This document shows, in pieces, positions 46,957 to 57,966 of a DNA stretch of 64,000 bases (its first letter is position 1; each line of letters begins with the position of its first letter). Below the pieces are notes generated by a model. That model ran no database searches. It was not told the DNA's origin and saw only the letters and a list, made by a program, of their open reading frames with translations. The stretch is from Dehalococcoidia bacterium (GTDB taxonomy: Bacteria; Chloroflexota; Dehalococcoidia; Lucifugimonadales; UBA3495). The DNA lies in contig OZ247426.1 of NCBI GenBank assembly GCA_965232835.1, positions 1,628,974 through 1,692,973 on the forward strand, read 5' to 3'. Made by a program: the position numbers and the translations under genes.

Positions 46957-49900
46957 TTACTGCGGGCCTGGGATTGTGATCGAGGTCGAGTTCGACAGCT
47001 TCCGGCCGTCGTCAGTGCAGATGGCCCCGGTGGCGTCGCAGTCCGTGGTTGCGGGCAAGGTGATGGTGATAGCGCCGTTGCTGCGGGGTTCGACGGTGAT
47101 GGTCCAGGTCTGGTTGCTGCCCTGCACCTTCCGTTGCGCCTTGGTGATTGGGCCCTGGTCGTCCTCCGTGAACGCGTGGTCGCGCAGGGTTATGTAGCTG
47201 AGTGGAAAGTTCTCGCTGAAAGCCAGGTCGAAGGTGAATGTTATGCCGTTGCCGTTGTGGCTATCGGGCACGTTGCTGATAGTTGCCGTAAGCGGCGTGG
47301 GCTTGGCCGCCACGGCAACAGTGGCCTCGCTGGTCAGGGTCTCCTCGTTGTCGGCGTCGTCGGTAAAGGTCACCCGCACCTGGATGGTCTTCCCCTGCTC
47401 GCTGCCAGTGAGCTCGTAGGTGGAGCCGGTGGCCCCGGCTATGTCCAACCCTCCGGCCATCCACTGGTAGCTGTAGGTAACGTTGGTTAGGCCGTCGGCA
47501 TCGGAGATTCCGGAGGTGCTCGCCGTCAGGGTCTGGCCAACTTGGGCGGTGGCGCTGATGGTAGGCGCGCCTGTGGCGGGGGAATTAGTGGTTACAGTGG
47601 CTTCGTACGAAGGAGTGCCGCGCCCGACACTGTTCACGGCGATGACCCTTGTCGTGTATTCCGTACCTCTGGCGAGGGCCTGGATAGTGTGAGTCGTTCC
47701 AGTCACGGTTACTTCGGAAACGTCCGACTTCGAGTCCCAGCTATCCGACGCCTCTTTCCACTGCGCTACGTATCCGGTGATGGGAGAGCCACCGTCACCC
47801 CAGGTCTGATCGCCCAGTATCTCACCCGAAATGTCCCACGTGGGCGCTTCCCACGAAAGGCTCAGGTCCCCGGAACTGGTCGGTGAGGCGACAAGGCTCT
47901 CTGGAGCAGCCGGGGTTGTTGCCACGACTGCTGATGTCTTGGCGCTGGTCAGCCACTCATCATTGCCCGCGTCGTCAGTGAAGTACACCTGAATCTTGAG
48001 GGTCTTGCCCAGGTCGCGGCGCGACACCGTGTAGCTGAGATCAGCCCCACGAACAATGAAAGCCCGGGCGTAACCTCCAGTAATTGTGGCATCGGTTCCC
48101 TCGGTATCATTGGCAAACCAATTGCCACCGAACGACGCATTGGTCAACCCATCTGGGTCGGCTATTCCCGACGTGCCCACCGTCAGTGTCTGTCCCACCT
48201 GCGGCGTTCCGCTGATGGTGGGCTCGCCCGTTGGCGCAGTGTTGGGCTTGGCCGCCACCGCCACCGTGGGCTCGCTGGTCAGAATCTCCTCATTGTCCGC
48301 ATCGTCGGTGAATGTCACCCTGACTTGGATGGTCTTGTCCTGCTCGCTGCCAGTGAGCTTGTAGGTTGAGCCGGTGGCCCCGGCGATGTCCGTCCCTCCG
48401 GCGGTCCACTGGTACTCGTAGGAAACGTTGGTAAGCCCGTCCACGTCGTCTATCGGCGAGGTGTCCGCCGTCAGCGTCTCGTCCACCTGGGGCGTTCCGC
48501 TGATGGTGGGCAGGCCATTGGTCATCCTGACGGCGACCTCTTCCTCGTCGGACCAGTCCAGTCCGGGGTCGGCCCACCGGTACTGGATGAGGGAGTCGGT
48601 CGCCTTGGTGGATGCGTCGGTGGAGGCGAATTCAGTTGTCCCAGCCACCAGGACAAACCCGGAGCTCGGTTTGGGCTTCACGGTGAGGATCAGGTCGCCC
48701 TCCAGAACGCCCAGAGCCATGACGGTGTGGCTCTCGTCGTCCGACGTGAAGGTGTCGGCCGAGAGGGCCCCCAAAATGTTGGTTTCGCTGGACATCAGGA
48801 AAGTCGTATACCCGGCGAAATCATCTGTGGTTCCCACCGTCAGGGTCGCGGACCATATAGCCTCTTGCTGCCGTGTTACGGTGCTGTCCGTGTCCTGAAG
48901 TGTCAAGTTCAACTCGACCGTATCGTCCTCGGCCCATTCCAATGTGGTCGGCCAGATGTATGAAATTATCGTCGTGCTCTTCACTTCACTCGCATCGGTC
49001 GAAGCGAACTGGGTCCCGTCAACCGTCAGCACGAAGTCGGTGGTCAGGTGCGGCCTGACGGTGATCGCCACAGAACCGTTCGCTAGCAGGATGCCAGTGA
49101 CTTCAATCGATTGGTCGCCCTCGCTGAAAGTTGTCTCGTCGAGGGTCCCCATCTCATCCACGAACCGGTTGTAGCCCCAGACCTTCTCGCTTCCGCTTCC
49201 GGACACACCCACGGTAAGGGTTGCATTCCAGACCGCGGAACTGTCGCTATCGACGGTCTCCGATCCTTCTTCTCCAGATACCGGGTTGCTGGTAGGGGTG
49301 GCTCTCACCTCGGTGGTTCCGGGACCGTCACCCGCAATGTTGGTGGCCACTACTCTCACCGAGTACTCAACCCCGCCGGTGAGGCTGGTGATGGTGTGAG
49401 ATGTGCCGGTTACTGTGGCCTCGGATACATCGGCCTCCGTGTCCCAGCTGTCTGCCGACTCCTTCCACTGCACCTTGTAGCCGGTGACGTCGGACCCGCC
49501 GTTCGATGATGGGGCCTGCCATGAGACGTCGAGCACTTGGATCTGGTCGCCGGGCGTCACGGTCAGGCTCAAGGGTGCCGTGGGCACCGTGGCGGCCACC
49601 GCCACTGTGGCCTCACTGGTCAGCGATTCCGGGTTGTCAGCATCGTCGGTGAAGGTCACCCTGACCTTGATAGTCCTGCCTGCATCGGCGGCGACCAAGG
49701 TGTAAGTGGAGCTTGTCTCGCCGACTATGTTGCTGTCGGTTCCATTGTCGTTCCGCACCCACTGGTAGCTGTAGGAAACGTTGCTCAGCCCGTCCCCGTC
49801 CTCGATGGACGACGTGTCCGCGGTGAGGGTCTGGTCGACCTGCGGGGTCCCGGTGATGGTGGGCAACCCGGTCGGCACAGTGTTGGACTTGACCGTCACT

Positions 49901-52900
49901 GCCTCTGTCGCCTCGCTGGTCAGGGACTCATCGTAGCCCGCATCATCAGTGAAGGTAACCCGCACTTTGATGACCTTGCCGTTGTCGGATGGCTGAACCT
50001 TGTATGTGGAATTCGTCGCCTGGTCGATCTCGGTATCTCTGCTGGACAGCCACTGGTAGTTGTAGTTCACGCTGTCCAAACCGTCAGCGTCTGAGATTCC
50101 GGATGTGTCGGCCGAAAGGGTCTCACCTACCTGTGCCGTGCCATTGATTGTGGGTTGGCCGACGGCCGGCGAGTTCTCGACTGTAACCGTCACGTAGTAC
50201 AGTCGGCCTGCGTCGGCATCCGCACTTCCCTTGTTGACGCCGATGCCCAGCCGGTTTTCGCCCCGGTTCAAGTTGATCTGAAAGCCGTCTGCCTCCTCGT
50301 CGGCATCGGCAAGCACGATGCCGGTAGTGGTTCCGTTGCCGTAGGAATAGACGCAACCCCTGCCGCAAAGCTGGACTACTCCCCAGATTGGGTTCCTGAC
50401 GAAGTCTGTCTGGTACCCGGTCAGGACGGTCGGGTCCAGGGTGATGACCTCAGTGTCGTTGGACACTTCGGCAGTATACCGGCCTATGCCTCTGTCAAAG
50501 GCGGGGGAAAGTGTCCCCGAACTGATGCCCAGCGCCGTCAGCGGCGCTGACGAGTAAGTGCCTTCCATGAGGCTGGAACGCCACATGGCGATTCCCGTAG
50601 ACGCAATCAGGTCATTCTCGTCAGAGCTGTCATCGAAAGTGCCGCAGTACAACTCCAATTCGACACTCGGGGGTGTGAAGAAGTTGCCTGCCCAAGTGTA
50701 GGATATGGTCTGAGCTGCTTCGGTGCTGCCCGAGGTCACAGAGCCTATGTGGGTGCGGGACCTCTGGTTAGATTTGCTGATTCTCAAATAGGTGTTGTAA
50801 TCAGAAGTGCACTCGTCGGGGTCCGACCATGAGACCGTATCGTCGCCGCTGGTTATTACAACCGTGACGTACGCATCGGGGTCCGGAGCGAGGACCTCAA
50901 GGGTCTGGTCGCCTTGGGGCGTCCCGGTCGCGTCGCTGTTCGAGGAGGTGCTGGGCCCTACCGGCTCAGTCCAGGGACTGTACAGATACTCCAAGTTCCC
51001 GTTGTCGTCGAAGAACTCCGCGGAGACCTTGAGCCGCTTGCCCTCATCGACTCCGCCTATGATGTAGCGTGCATCAAACCTGGTGAGGAGACGTGTTTCG
51101 CTGTCTTCTCTCGCCCAGATGAAATATGCGGTGGAGACCGCGTACTCCACTCCGTCCTCGTCGTCCACGTTGGAGAAGTCGGCGAGGACGGTTTCACCCG
51201 TCCTCAGGGTGCCGGTGATGGTAAGGTCCCCCGACTTTTCGGTGTCGCCGGTCTGCGCCTCGATGGTGGAGCTGGTGGCCACCTTGTGGTCGGCGTTGTC
51301 CGGGGTGGCGTCGTACTCTAGGTCTGCCTTGTTCCCGTTGACGTCGCTCAGTCCGCTCCGGAGGGCGTGGAGCGGGTTGGCCGGGAGGGATATGCCGTTG
51401 TCGTCGTTGTCCCCGTCCACCACGGTGTAGGCGTAGTCGAATATGGTTCCCGTCTCGTCCTCCTGGACGTCCTGGGGATTTCTCTGAGTCCAGTAGGCCA
51501 TCCTGGCCTGGGTGCCCATGTCTAGCCTCAGGCGGGGGAAGGGGAGGCTTCCCATCTTCGGCCTCTCGTTGAAGGTGACCTTGAACCTGATAGTGTCGCC
51601 GGCGGCGTAGGTGTCGTCCTCCCCGGGATCGGAGGTGATCTCAATGGAGGTTATGGTCAGCGGGACCCCGTCAATCCGGACCGAGGGTTTGTCGGCGACC
51701 GCGTCGTGGGTTATGACGGCGTCGTTGCCGGCCGCGTCCCGGAGTGTTCCGCCGTTCAGGTTGAGGGCGTTGACGGGGAGGCCGAGCCCGTTCTCGTCCA
51801 GGTCGCCTTCCTTGACGGTGTAGTAGAACATGATCTTCATGCCCTGGGTCTGGGAGGTGTAGCACGTGTAGGGGTCATTGGTGGACTCTTCCCCCTCTGG
51901 GACCACGCTGGTGAGTATGGGTGTCTCGGCCTCGTCGATTACCCCGTCGATTACAGGGCAGGGGAGTTGGATGTACTCGAATTCGGCGGTCTGATCGCCG
52001 CTGTCCACGTCCACCGTCATGGTGGGCTCGCCGTCCAGGAATATCTCCTCGGTGAACCGTACTGCGACGGGGACGTTCTCTCCGAGAAGGTGCACACTGT
52101 TCCCGCCTCCGATGGTGAAGGACGATACCTTGGGGCGTATGCCGTCGACCTTGTGGCCGCCGTCTGCGGCCAGGGCGCCGTGGGCCAGGTCCGCCGCACT
52201 GTCATCCGCGTCCTTTATGGCGCCGCCGTTCAGGGTCAGGTTGTTCTCGCTTATGGCGATGCCGTCGCTGTCCGAGTCGCCGTCCGCGACCGTGTAGGCG
52301 AATACGATCTCGGTGCCGGCGTTGCTCTCGTGTTCCGCTGCCCTCGATTCTCCGCCGATGTCCAGCTCCAGTTGTGGTTTGCCTGTCACTGTGACGTCGG
52401 CGCTGAAGGTCACTTTGACCTTGATGGCGTCGCCTATGGCGTAGACCTTGTCCTCGCCTGGGTTGCTGCTTATGGCAATTGAGGAAATCGTGGTCGATGA
52501 CAAGCTGCCCAACGTGGTCTGTTCTGAGACGGCGCCGGCGGGCGTGCCGGCCGCTTCTGCGGAGGCTGGGCCGTCGCCCGCTGAGTTGGTGGCGATCACC
52601 CTGACGGCGTAAGCCGTGCCGCCGGTAAGGCCCGTGATGGTGTACGTGGTGCCGGTCACGGTGGCCTCTGAAACGTCTGCTTCCGTGTCCCAGCTGTCCG
52701 CCGATTCCTTCCATTGCACCTTGTACCCGGTGACGTCTGCGCCTCCGTTGGATGAGGGAGCCTGCCAGTACGCAGCAAGCTCCTGGATGTTGTCTCCAGC
52801 CGTTACGGTGAGAGACTGTGGTTGTCCGGGTACCGTCGCCAGCACCGCGGACGTTGCGGCGCTGGTCCGGCTCTCATCGTTGTTCCGGTCGTCGGTAAAG

Positions 52901-53880
52901 GAGACCTTCACCTTGATGGTCTTGCCGATGTCCTCCGTGGAGGGTGTGTAGGTCGCTTTCGTCGCCTGACCTATGTCCGTGTCGTCAGCTGTCCACTGGT
53001 ACTCGTACGAGACCGCGTCCAGCCCGTCCTCATCGCTGATGGCGGCTGTGCCTGCCGTCAGGGTCTGGTTCACCTGCGGAGTTCCGCTGATGGCGGGATC
53101 GCCGGTGGCAGCCCGGTTGGGTGCGGCGGTCACGTTTCCCGTCGCCTCGCTGGTCAGGATCTCCTCGTTTTCGGCGTCGTCGGTGAAGGTAACTTTTACC
53201 TTGATGGTCTTGCCCTGGTCGGCGTAGACCAGTGTGTAGGTTGCCTCGGTGGCTCCGGCAATGTCGCTGTCCGCTCCGTTGTCGCTGCGGACCCACTGGT
53301 ACTCGTAGGAGACGGCCTCCAGTCCGTCCTCGTCGGTAATGGAAGAGGTGTCGGCTGTCAGGGTCTGGTCCACCTGCGGAGTCCCCGTGATCGTTGGTCC
53401 GCCTGTTGCGTCGATGTTGCCTTCCGGCTCTGTCAGCGTCGATGTTCTGACGATGCTAACGGTGACGGTGTCTCCGTCTTTCCAGTCGACCTCGATACCG
53501 GTCCATTTGAAACTGCTTTCCCCGGAACTCCCTGCAGGGAACTTCAGCACAAGGTCGCCGACCTTCAGGGTCATGTCGTCCGCGTCAGGCACCCCGTCCG
53601 TGAACGCTAGGCGCAGGTCGCTGTCCGGGAGGTACGACCATAGTGATCTGATCTGGAGGTTGCCGGTTCCACCAACATTTGAGAAGAGGTCGGCGCTGGC
53701 AGCTCCAATCGAGATTTCTGTGTATTCCACCACCAGCATGTCGGCCGACCACACTGGATCCTCATCCGATCCGCTCCCTTGGGCGGAAATGCCGTTGGGG
53801 ATAACGAGCAGGATGGCAAGGGCCGCTATGAGCAGAAATGGGATCAGGGTCCGGCGGACGTGGGTCCTTGCGGCTTTCAT
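46957..53880 (-). CDS. giant secreted surface protein (about 2307 aa): signal peptide, about 14 Ig-like repeats, 3 fibronectin type III domains and other beta-sandwich modules
   Basis: Signal peptide MKAARTHVRRTLIPFLLIAALAILLVIPNGISAQ (ATG at 53880; the track start at 53976 is upstream). Recurring units of about 88 aa: PTISGTPQVDQTLTADTSSIxDxDGLxxVSYxYQW...GKTIKVxVTFTDDAxNxExLTS. FN3 units: LTVTxGDxIQxLxxxWQAPSSNGGxDVTGYKVQWKESADSWDTEADVSEATVTGT. Modules of the form YTVxxGDxDxDGIxxxxNxLxLNGGxIxDxxxNxA also occur. Confidence 0.85.
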   Translation of the reverse strand: MKAARTHVRRTLIPFLLIAALAILLVIPNGISAQGSGSDEDPVWSADMLVVEYTEISIGAASADLFSNVGGTGNLQIRSLWSYLPDSDLRLAFTDGVPDADDMTLKVGDLVLKFPAGSSGESSFKWTGIEVDWKDGDTVTVSIVRTSTLTEPEGNIDATGGPTITGTPQVDQTLTADTSSITDEDGLEAVSYEYQWVRSDNGADSDIAGATEATYTLVYADQGKTIKVKVTFTDDAENEEILTSEATGNVTAAPNRAATGDPAISGTPQVNQTLTAGTAAISDEDGLDAVSYEYQWTADDTDIGQATKATYTPSTEDIGKTIKVKVSFTDDRNNDESRTSAATSAVLATVPGQPQSLTVTAGDNIQELAAYWQAPSSNGGADVTGYKVQWKESADSWDTEADVSEATVTGTTYTITGLTGGTAYAVRVIATNSAGDGPASAEAAGTPAGAVSEQTTLGSLSSTTISSIAISSNPGEDKVYAIGDAIKVKVTFSADVTVTGKPQLELDIGGESRAAEHESNAGTEIVFAYTVADGDSDSDGIAISENNLTLNGGAIKDADDSAADLAHGALAADGGHKVDGIRPKVSSFTIGGGNSVHLLGENVPVAVRFTEEIFLDGEPTMTVDVDSGDQTAEFEYIQLPCPVIDGVIDEAETPILTSVVPEGEESTNDPYTCYTSQTQGMKIMFYYTVKEGDLDENGLGLPVNALNLNGGTLRDAAGNDAVITHDAVADKPSVRIDGVPLTITSIEITSDPGEDDTYAAGDTIRFKVTFNERPKMGSLPFPRLRLDMGTQARMAYWTQRNPQDVQEDETGTIFDYAYTVVDGDNDDNGISLPANPLHALRSGLSDVNGNKADLEYDATPDNADHKVATSSTIEAQTGDTEKSGDLTITGTLRTGETVLADFSNVDDEDGVEYAVSTAYFIWAREDSETRLLTRFDARYIIGGVDEGKRLKVSAEFFDDNGNLEYLYSPWTEPVGPSTSSNSDATGTPQGDQTLEVLAPDPDAYVTVVITSGDDTVSWSDPDECTSDYNTYLRISKSNQRSRTHIGSVTSGSTEAAQTISYTWAGNFFTPPSVELELYCGTFDDSSDENDLIASTGIAMWRSSLMEGTYSSAPLTALGISSGTLSPAFDRGIGRYTAEVSNDTEVITLDPTVLTGYQTDFVRNPIWGVVQLCGRGCVYSYGNGTTTGIVLADADEEADGFQINLNRGENRLGIGVNKGSADADAGRLYYVTVTVENSPAVGQPTINGTAQVGETLSADTSGISDADGLDSVNYNYQWLSSRDTEIDQATNSTYKVQPSDNGKVIKVRVTFTDDAGYDESLTSEATEAVTVKSNTVPTGLPTITGTPQVDQTLTADTSSIEDGDGLSNVSYSYQWVRNDNGTDSNIVGETSSTYTLVAADAGRTIKVRVTFTDDADNPESLTSEATVAVAATVPTAPLSLTVTPGDQIQVLDVSWQAPSSNGGSDVTGYKVQWKESADSWDTEADVSEATVTGTSHTITSLTGGVEYSVRVVATNIAGDGPGTTEVRATPTSNPVSGEEGSETVDSDSSAVWNATLTVGVSGSGSEKVWGYNRFVDEMGTLDETTFSEGDQSIEVTGILLANGSVAITVRPHLTTDFVLTVDGTQFASTDASEVKSTTIISYIWPTTLEWAEDDTVELNLTLQDTDSTVTRQQEAIWSATLTVGTTDDFAGYTTFLMSSETNILGALSADTFTSDDESHTVMALGVLEGDLILTVKPKPSSGFVLVAGTTEFASTDASTKATDSLIQYRWADPGLDWSDEEEVAVRMTNGLPTISGTPQVDETLTADTSPIDDVDGLTNVSYEYQWTAGGTDIAGATGSTYKLTGSEQDKTIQVRVTFTDDADNEEILTSEPTVAVAAKPNTAPTGEPTISGTPQVGQTLTVGTSGIADPDGLTNASFGGNWFANDTEGTDATITGGYARAFIVRGADLSYTVSRRDLGKTLKIQVYFTDDAGNDEWLTSAKTSAVVATTPAAPESLVASPTSSGDLSLSWEAPTWDISGEILGDQTWGDGGSPITGYVAQWKEASDSWDSKSDVSEVTVTGTTHTIQALARGTEYTTRVIAVNSVGRGTPSYEATVTTNSPATGAPTISATAQVGQTLTASTSGISDADGLTNVTYSYQWMAGGLDIAGATGSTYELTGSEQGKTIQVRVTFTDDADNEETLTSEATVAVAAKPTPLTATISNVPDSHNGNGITFTFDLAFSENFPLSYITLRDHAFTEDDQGPITKAQRKVQGSNQTWTITVEPRSNGAITITLPATTDCDATGAICTDDGRKLSNSTSITIPGPQ

Positions 53881-54585
53881 GTTCGTTACCTCTTGATTCC
53901 GAAGCAGTTGTATGGAGCTGGCATGTTTTGCTGCCGGGAGCCAGGATTCCGCCGGCCGGTGGGCAGAGTCACTCACCAGATATGGTTTTGTACTGTTATT
54001 AGTGATGTATAGGCACCGTGTCTTTGTGACAATACAACATATATTTTATGCTTGCAGCTAGTGATAGGCATAAAATGGCTATCGAGCCGGGTTTGCTTGG
54101 CCAGGAGGCCGGGACGGCGTGCTGACCTAGGATTCAATCTGGCTGCCGTGTTTTGGCGGGGGTGCCGCTCTTGGTTTTCGGGTCTGCCGTGCTCGCAGTG
54201 GCTTGTCGGACCGTGGGATACTCTGCACATTACGGGGCACTTGTAATTGGCCGTTCAACACCTTGGGGCTCGTGGAACCCGTTTGCCTGATTCTGTCCGG
54301 TTGGCGTTCAATAGCCGCTGCTGTGCGGCCTTTTTCGGGTCTCTCCGGGAATGACCTTTATGGTCTTTTGTGCTGGGAGCCGTCTGGAGTCGTGAGGGCC
54401 GTTTCGACTTGTCTCCAGTTTGCTGAGCTCCTTGAGATCTGCGGCGGGCGAATAGAAAAGCCCCACGTCAAAAAGACGTGGGGCTCAGCCACGGGACCGG
54501 GCGCATTGACCGCCGTTATGGCGGCCTGTGGGCGAATGAGAAAAGGTATTTTGCGAAGGGAAATACAACTCGGGAAGCTATCGCC

Positions 54586-55677
54586 ATGAACCACCTAGTC
54601 ATTCAGGATTCGTTAGGACTAATCCTGCTGGTGTTCGTTCTGACCGCGCTTGCCTGTGGGCCCGCCGCCCCCAGCGGCCAGTCCGGGGGCAGGGGCAACC
54701 CCGAACAGACAAAGGCGGAGGAGTTGGGTCAGAAGCCCGGCGAGAAAAGGGCCGAGGTGGCGCCAACGGATGAACCGGCTGAAACGAGGACCGAAGCGGT
54801 GCCAGTGAAGAAGAGGGAACCCACCAAGTTTCAAATTGTCCCGCCGCCGAGCGACGTTGTGGAGGATCCCACTCAGATACCGACAGCCGTGCTGCGAGCA
54901 GTCCCGGCAAACCCGGTTATCAAGACCGGGTACTGCTACGACTACTCTTCCCAGGACCCGTCAACCGACGTTAAGCAGGCGCTGGAGGATGGGTTGTATC
55001 AGAATTGCCTGCCGTCGCTCAGGGCGGACATTGAGGCCGCCTGCGACCTGCGCGACCAAGCCAACAATTCCAGCGGTGATGCGTCCCGGCAGACCTGTTG
55101 GAAGAACTACCTGAGCGGCATCAAGGACTATCACCTGCGCCAGCAATTGGGAGAGGGTTGCGTTGCCGTCGGACACACGACCATTGAGGAGTACGCGACC
55201 TGCCTGGGCGACCTCTCCCGGCAAGACGCGGTGGACCGGGCCAACATCGGCCCAACCGTGGGTTTGGACCTGATGGCGGCCATCGACTCCGACCCGGCCG
55301 TGGTGGCTGCGGAGGAGAACGCATGGCTCTGTTTATCAGAGCATGGGAAAAAGGAACCAGCTCCGGAACTGCTGGACTACTTGGCCGACGACAGGCTCAT
55401 GTTCTGGCTCAGTTGGCGGTTGGATAGGAACGCTGCGCAGAAGTACTACGACCTGGATTCAACTCGGAAAGAGAAAGTTGCCGAGCGGATGAAGCAGGTT
55501 TACCAGTGCGCCCGGAAGGCCGGCGTGTACCAGGCCCACTACGACTCGATGATGCTCTTTCTGCGGGAACTGCTCAAGACAGAGCCGAACCGGCTGGAGT
55601 ACTGGAAACGGACCGGCTGGCTTGACGCACTGGAGGAGTACGGGGCTGACATGATCCGCCCGACATTCAGGGACTAG
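54586..55677 (+). CDS. hypothetical lipoprotein
   Basis: MNHLVIQDSLGLILLVFVLTALACGPAAPSG carries a lipobox (LTALAC), followed by a low-complexity linker and a Cys-containing domain of about 300 aa. No family recognised. Confidence 0.6.
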   Translation: MNHLVIQDSLGLILLVFVLTALACGPAAPSGQSGGRGNPEQTKAEELGQKPGEKRAEVAPTDEPAETRTEAVPVKKREPTKFQIVPPPSDVVEDPTQIPTAVLRAVPANPVIKTGYCYDYSSQDPSTDVKQALEDGLYQNCLPSLRADIEAACDLRDQANNSSGDASRQTCWKNYLSGIKDYHLRQQLGEGCVAVGHTTIEEYATCLGDLSRQDAVDRANIGPTVGLDLMAAIDSDPAVVAAEENAWLCLSEHGKKEPAPELLDYLADDRLMFWLSWRLDRNAAQKYYDLDSTRKEKVAERMKQVYQCARKAGVYQAHYDSMMLFLRELLKTEPNRLEYWKRTGWLDALEEYGADMIRPTFRD

Positions 55678-55844
55678 TATAACAACGACGCTTGCACAAA
55701 TTGATCGGTTCTTGGCCTGAAATAGCTTTGGCAAATACAAGTCTACAAAGCTGTCAAGCGACTGCGCAGGATGTTTTGAAACGCCGCTCAATGCCATTTC
55801 CTTGTCAAGCGTGGTTGTAATACTAGGGGTCAGAGGGAAGCAAC

Positions 55845-56267
55845 TTGAGTTTAGGTAATCATTCACGCCTCAGTAAAATCATTTTTCGTGCAAAGCCGGA
55901 CATTTCATCAAAATGGTGGCCTGGGATTCTGCTTGCTGTTGCCGTTGGGGCAACATCAGCCTTGGCGTCTTGTGGCCCTGCTGAACTGGATCGCTCAGAT
56001 TCCGCCACATTGGGGAAGGAGTATTCTTACGTTCTCCACACTCACTGTGGTGTCAGGTCGGCGGTGTTTGACCGGGGCCAGTGGTGGCGTGCAAACCCAC
56101 CCCTCGACGATGGTCACGGCAACCCTCCAAAAGGCTGGGGCAATCCATTCACTGAGGGCACTATGGTGCTGGCGCAGGAAGACCGGGCAGTATTCACATC
56201 GCGGTCCGGCCAAATAGTTGAGTTTGTCCCATGGCCGCCAGGGTTGAACAAAGAACCCTGCTATTAA
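55845..56267 (+). CDS. hypothetical small lipoprotein
   Basis: WWPGILLAVAVGATSALASCGP is a lipobox-like signal. TTG start with GAGGGAAG upstream. Confidence 0.45.
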   Translation: MSLGNHSRLSKIIFRAKPDISSKWWPGILLAVAVGATSALASCGPAELDRSDSATLGKEYSYVLHTHCGVRSAVFDRGQWWRANPPLDDGHGNPPKGWGNPFTEGTMVLAQEDRAVFTSRSGQIVEFVPWPPGLNKEPCY

Positions 56268-56443
56268 CGAGTCCTGCCCTCCGAGATTCCTCTGATTGAT
56301 TCCTTTCACGACATTCCCGGTTACTAGGCTGGCCGGAATGTCTACAGCTTGGTCATAGGGTCAGGCAAGCCGTACAGGGCCATACCCCACAAGCAAACGA
56401 AACCCCGCGACCCGTTCCGCGTCAGGACCGGATAGCCAAGCTG

Positions 56444-57097
56444 ATGGCGGTGCTGCTTCTCAAGCGGCCGGAGTCCGGCATCGAGGCATTCCGCCCCACG
56501 CTGTATTCGCTGACCCAGAGCACCCGGAATTTCCGGGACGATCTCGGCTCGGGCTTCGTCCCCATCGGCGGCAAGGTGACGCGCCTGCTGTCAGGCAAGT
56601 CCCTCGATGCAGAAGGCCTTTTGGATGTACTGCGTCAGGAGGAATTGAGCCGACAGAAGACAGGCGGCCAGAGAGTGAAATTGGTTCACTCCGTTGAGGA
56701 CTTCTGAATCGAGGATTGAACCACAGACATGGACGAAGGCTGCCGGTGCCTCAGCGGAATCCTGACCCGGGTGAAGTGTGTCGGTTCGGACGGCGACAAG
56801 CTACAGGGGCTGAAATGGTTAATCCCAAGACGTGATGTCGAGGCAGGAAAGGTGTTCGTCTTCTCCGAGGCTGATACCACCATCAAGTACCTGCACCGGG
56901 AACTGAGTCCCAACGGGGAGGACCCGGAAATTGCCGGACTCACTGGCAACAACCGCCACGAGGCTGAAAACATCGTCAAGTGTTGTTCGACCACCAAGGT
57001 TCTCTGTCCAAATAACCGGTTCCGCCTAACAGGAGACAGGAACCGGTTTCCATTCATGCATTCCTGCTGTTACGTCCTGTTAAGTGCCTCGATTTAG
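56444..57097 (+). pseudogene. remnants of a helicase-like gene in two broken frames
   Basis: DGDKLQGLKWLIPRRDVEAGKVFVFSEADTTIKYLHRELS resembles the start of a helicase C-terminal domain (K.LVFSQF..T...L). The two short ORFs have no complete domain. Confidence 0.3.
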
Positions 57098-57564
57098 GTG
57101 TTGTCCAAGGACTTGCCCTGCAGGCTGAAGTCCAGCTCCACAGCTTTCAGGGTAGCCCAGCAATTGAGGCGGGAACCGTTCATCAGGGTTGGGGCAATGC
57201 ATAATATGTTTCCCCCTAACCCTCGCCTGCGTCCAAGTCAACGGCCCGCCCGATTTGCGGAAGGTGGTACCGGCATACCCTGTGATGGCGGGAGTTTGCT
57301 CGGAATTCAGGGTAGGGAGAGCCATCCTGGCGGCCCACCGGCCCACCGGCCCACCGGTGCAGCACTGCGGCGGTGTCCGCCCGGAGGAGCGATGCTTGTC
57401 GATTTACATAGACTTTGATCAACCCAAAAATCCCGCAGTACGGCTTTTCAGGATTCTGTGAGCGGATCAGCCCAACTACCACCAAGATTTTCTACCTCCT
57501 GCGTTCCGCCTGAATTCCCCCGGTATTCCAAGGGAGCAGAACATCCGGCGGCGCAGGCCCCGGT

Positions 57565-57729
57565 TCATCCAGCGGAGCCAATGCGGTATTTGCCTGTGCC
57601 GCACACGGAGCAGACAGCACGCTGGGCGGGGCGTCCGTTTTTCAATGTCACCTGTTCAACATCTCTTGAGCCGGTCTTGGTCCGGCACTTGAGGCAATAG
57701 ATTTCGACGGATTCCGGGGGTGTGGTCAT
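57565..57729 (-). CDS. small zinc-ribbon protein (DUF5679-like, 54 aa)
   Basis: Below the track cutoff, so translated manually: MTTPPESVEIYCLKCRTKTGSRDVEQVTLKNGRPAQRAVCSVCGTGKYRIGSAG. Two CxxC pairs. It is divergent from 57967..58284. Confidence 0.6.
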   Translation of the reverse strand: MTTPPESVEIYCLKCRTKTGSRDVEQVTLKNGRPAQRAVCSVCGTGKYRIGSAG

Positions 57730-57966
57730 AGTCGGAGGCTCCTGTTTCCGAGGCTGTCAAGATTATAGTTAAAAACCCTTCTGACGGATGCGGTGATAAG
57801 ACCCCCATACCGGCCGGTAATTACACCGGGTCTTACATCGCCGCTGTCTGCACACGCCCGCAATTCGTGGCAGCTGTTTTTCACGCCGGCAAAATCAGAT
57901 CCGGCTGACCACCCTGCCCGCACGCCGGAAACTCCCTCGCCTGGCTGTTGTTGTAATATTGGGGAA

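Noticed and set aside
57325-57352. A tandem 9-mer GGCCCACCG x3.
   Set aside because: It is a short simple repeat in non-coding DNA next to gene remnants, with no associated structure or gene, and is probably slippage.
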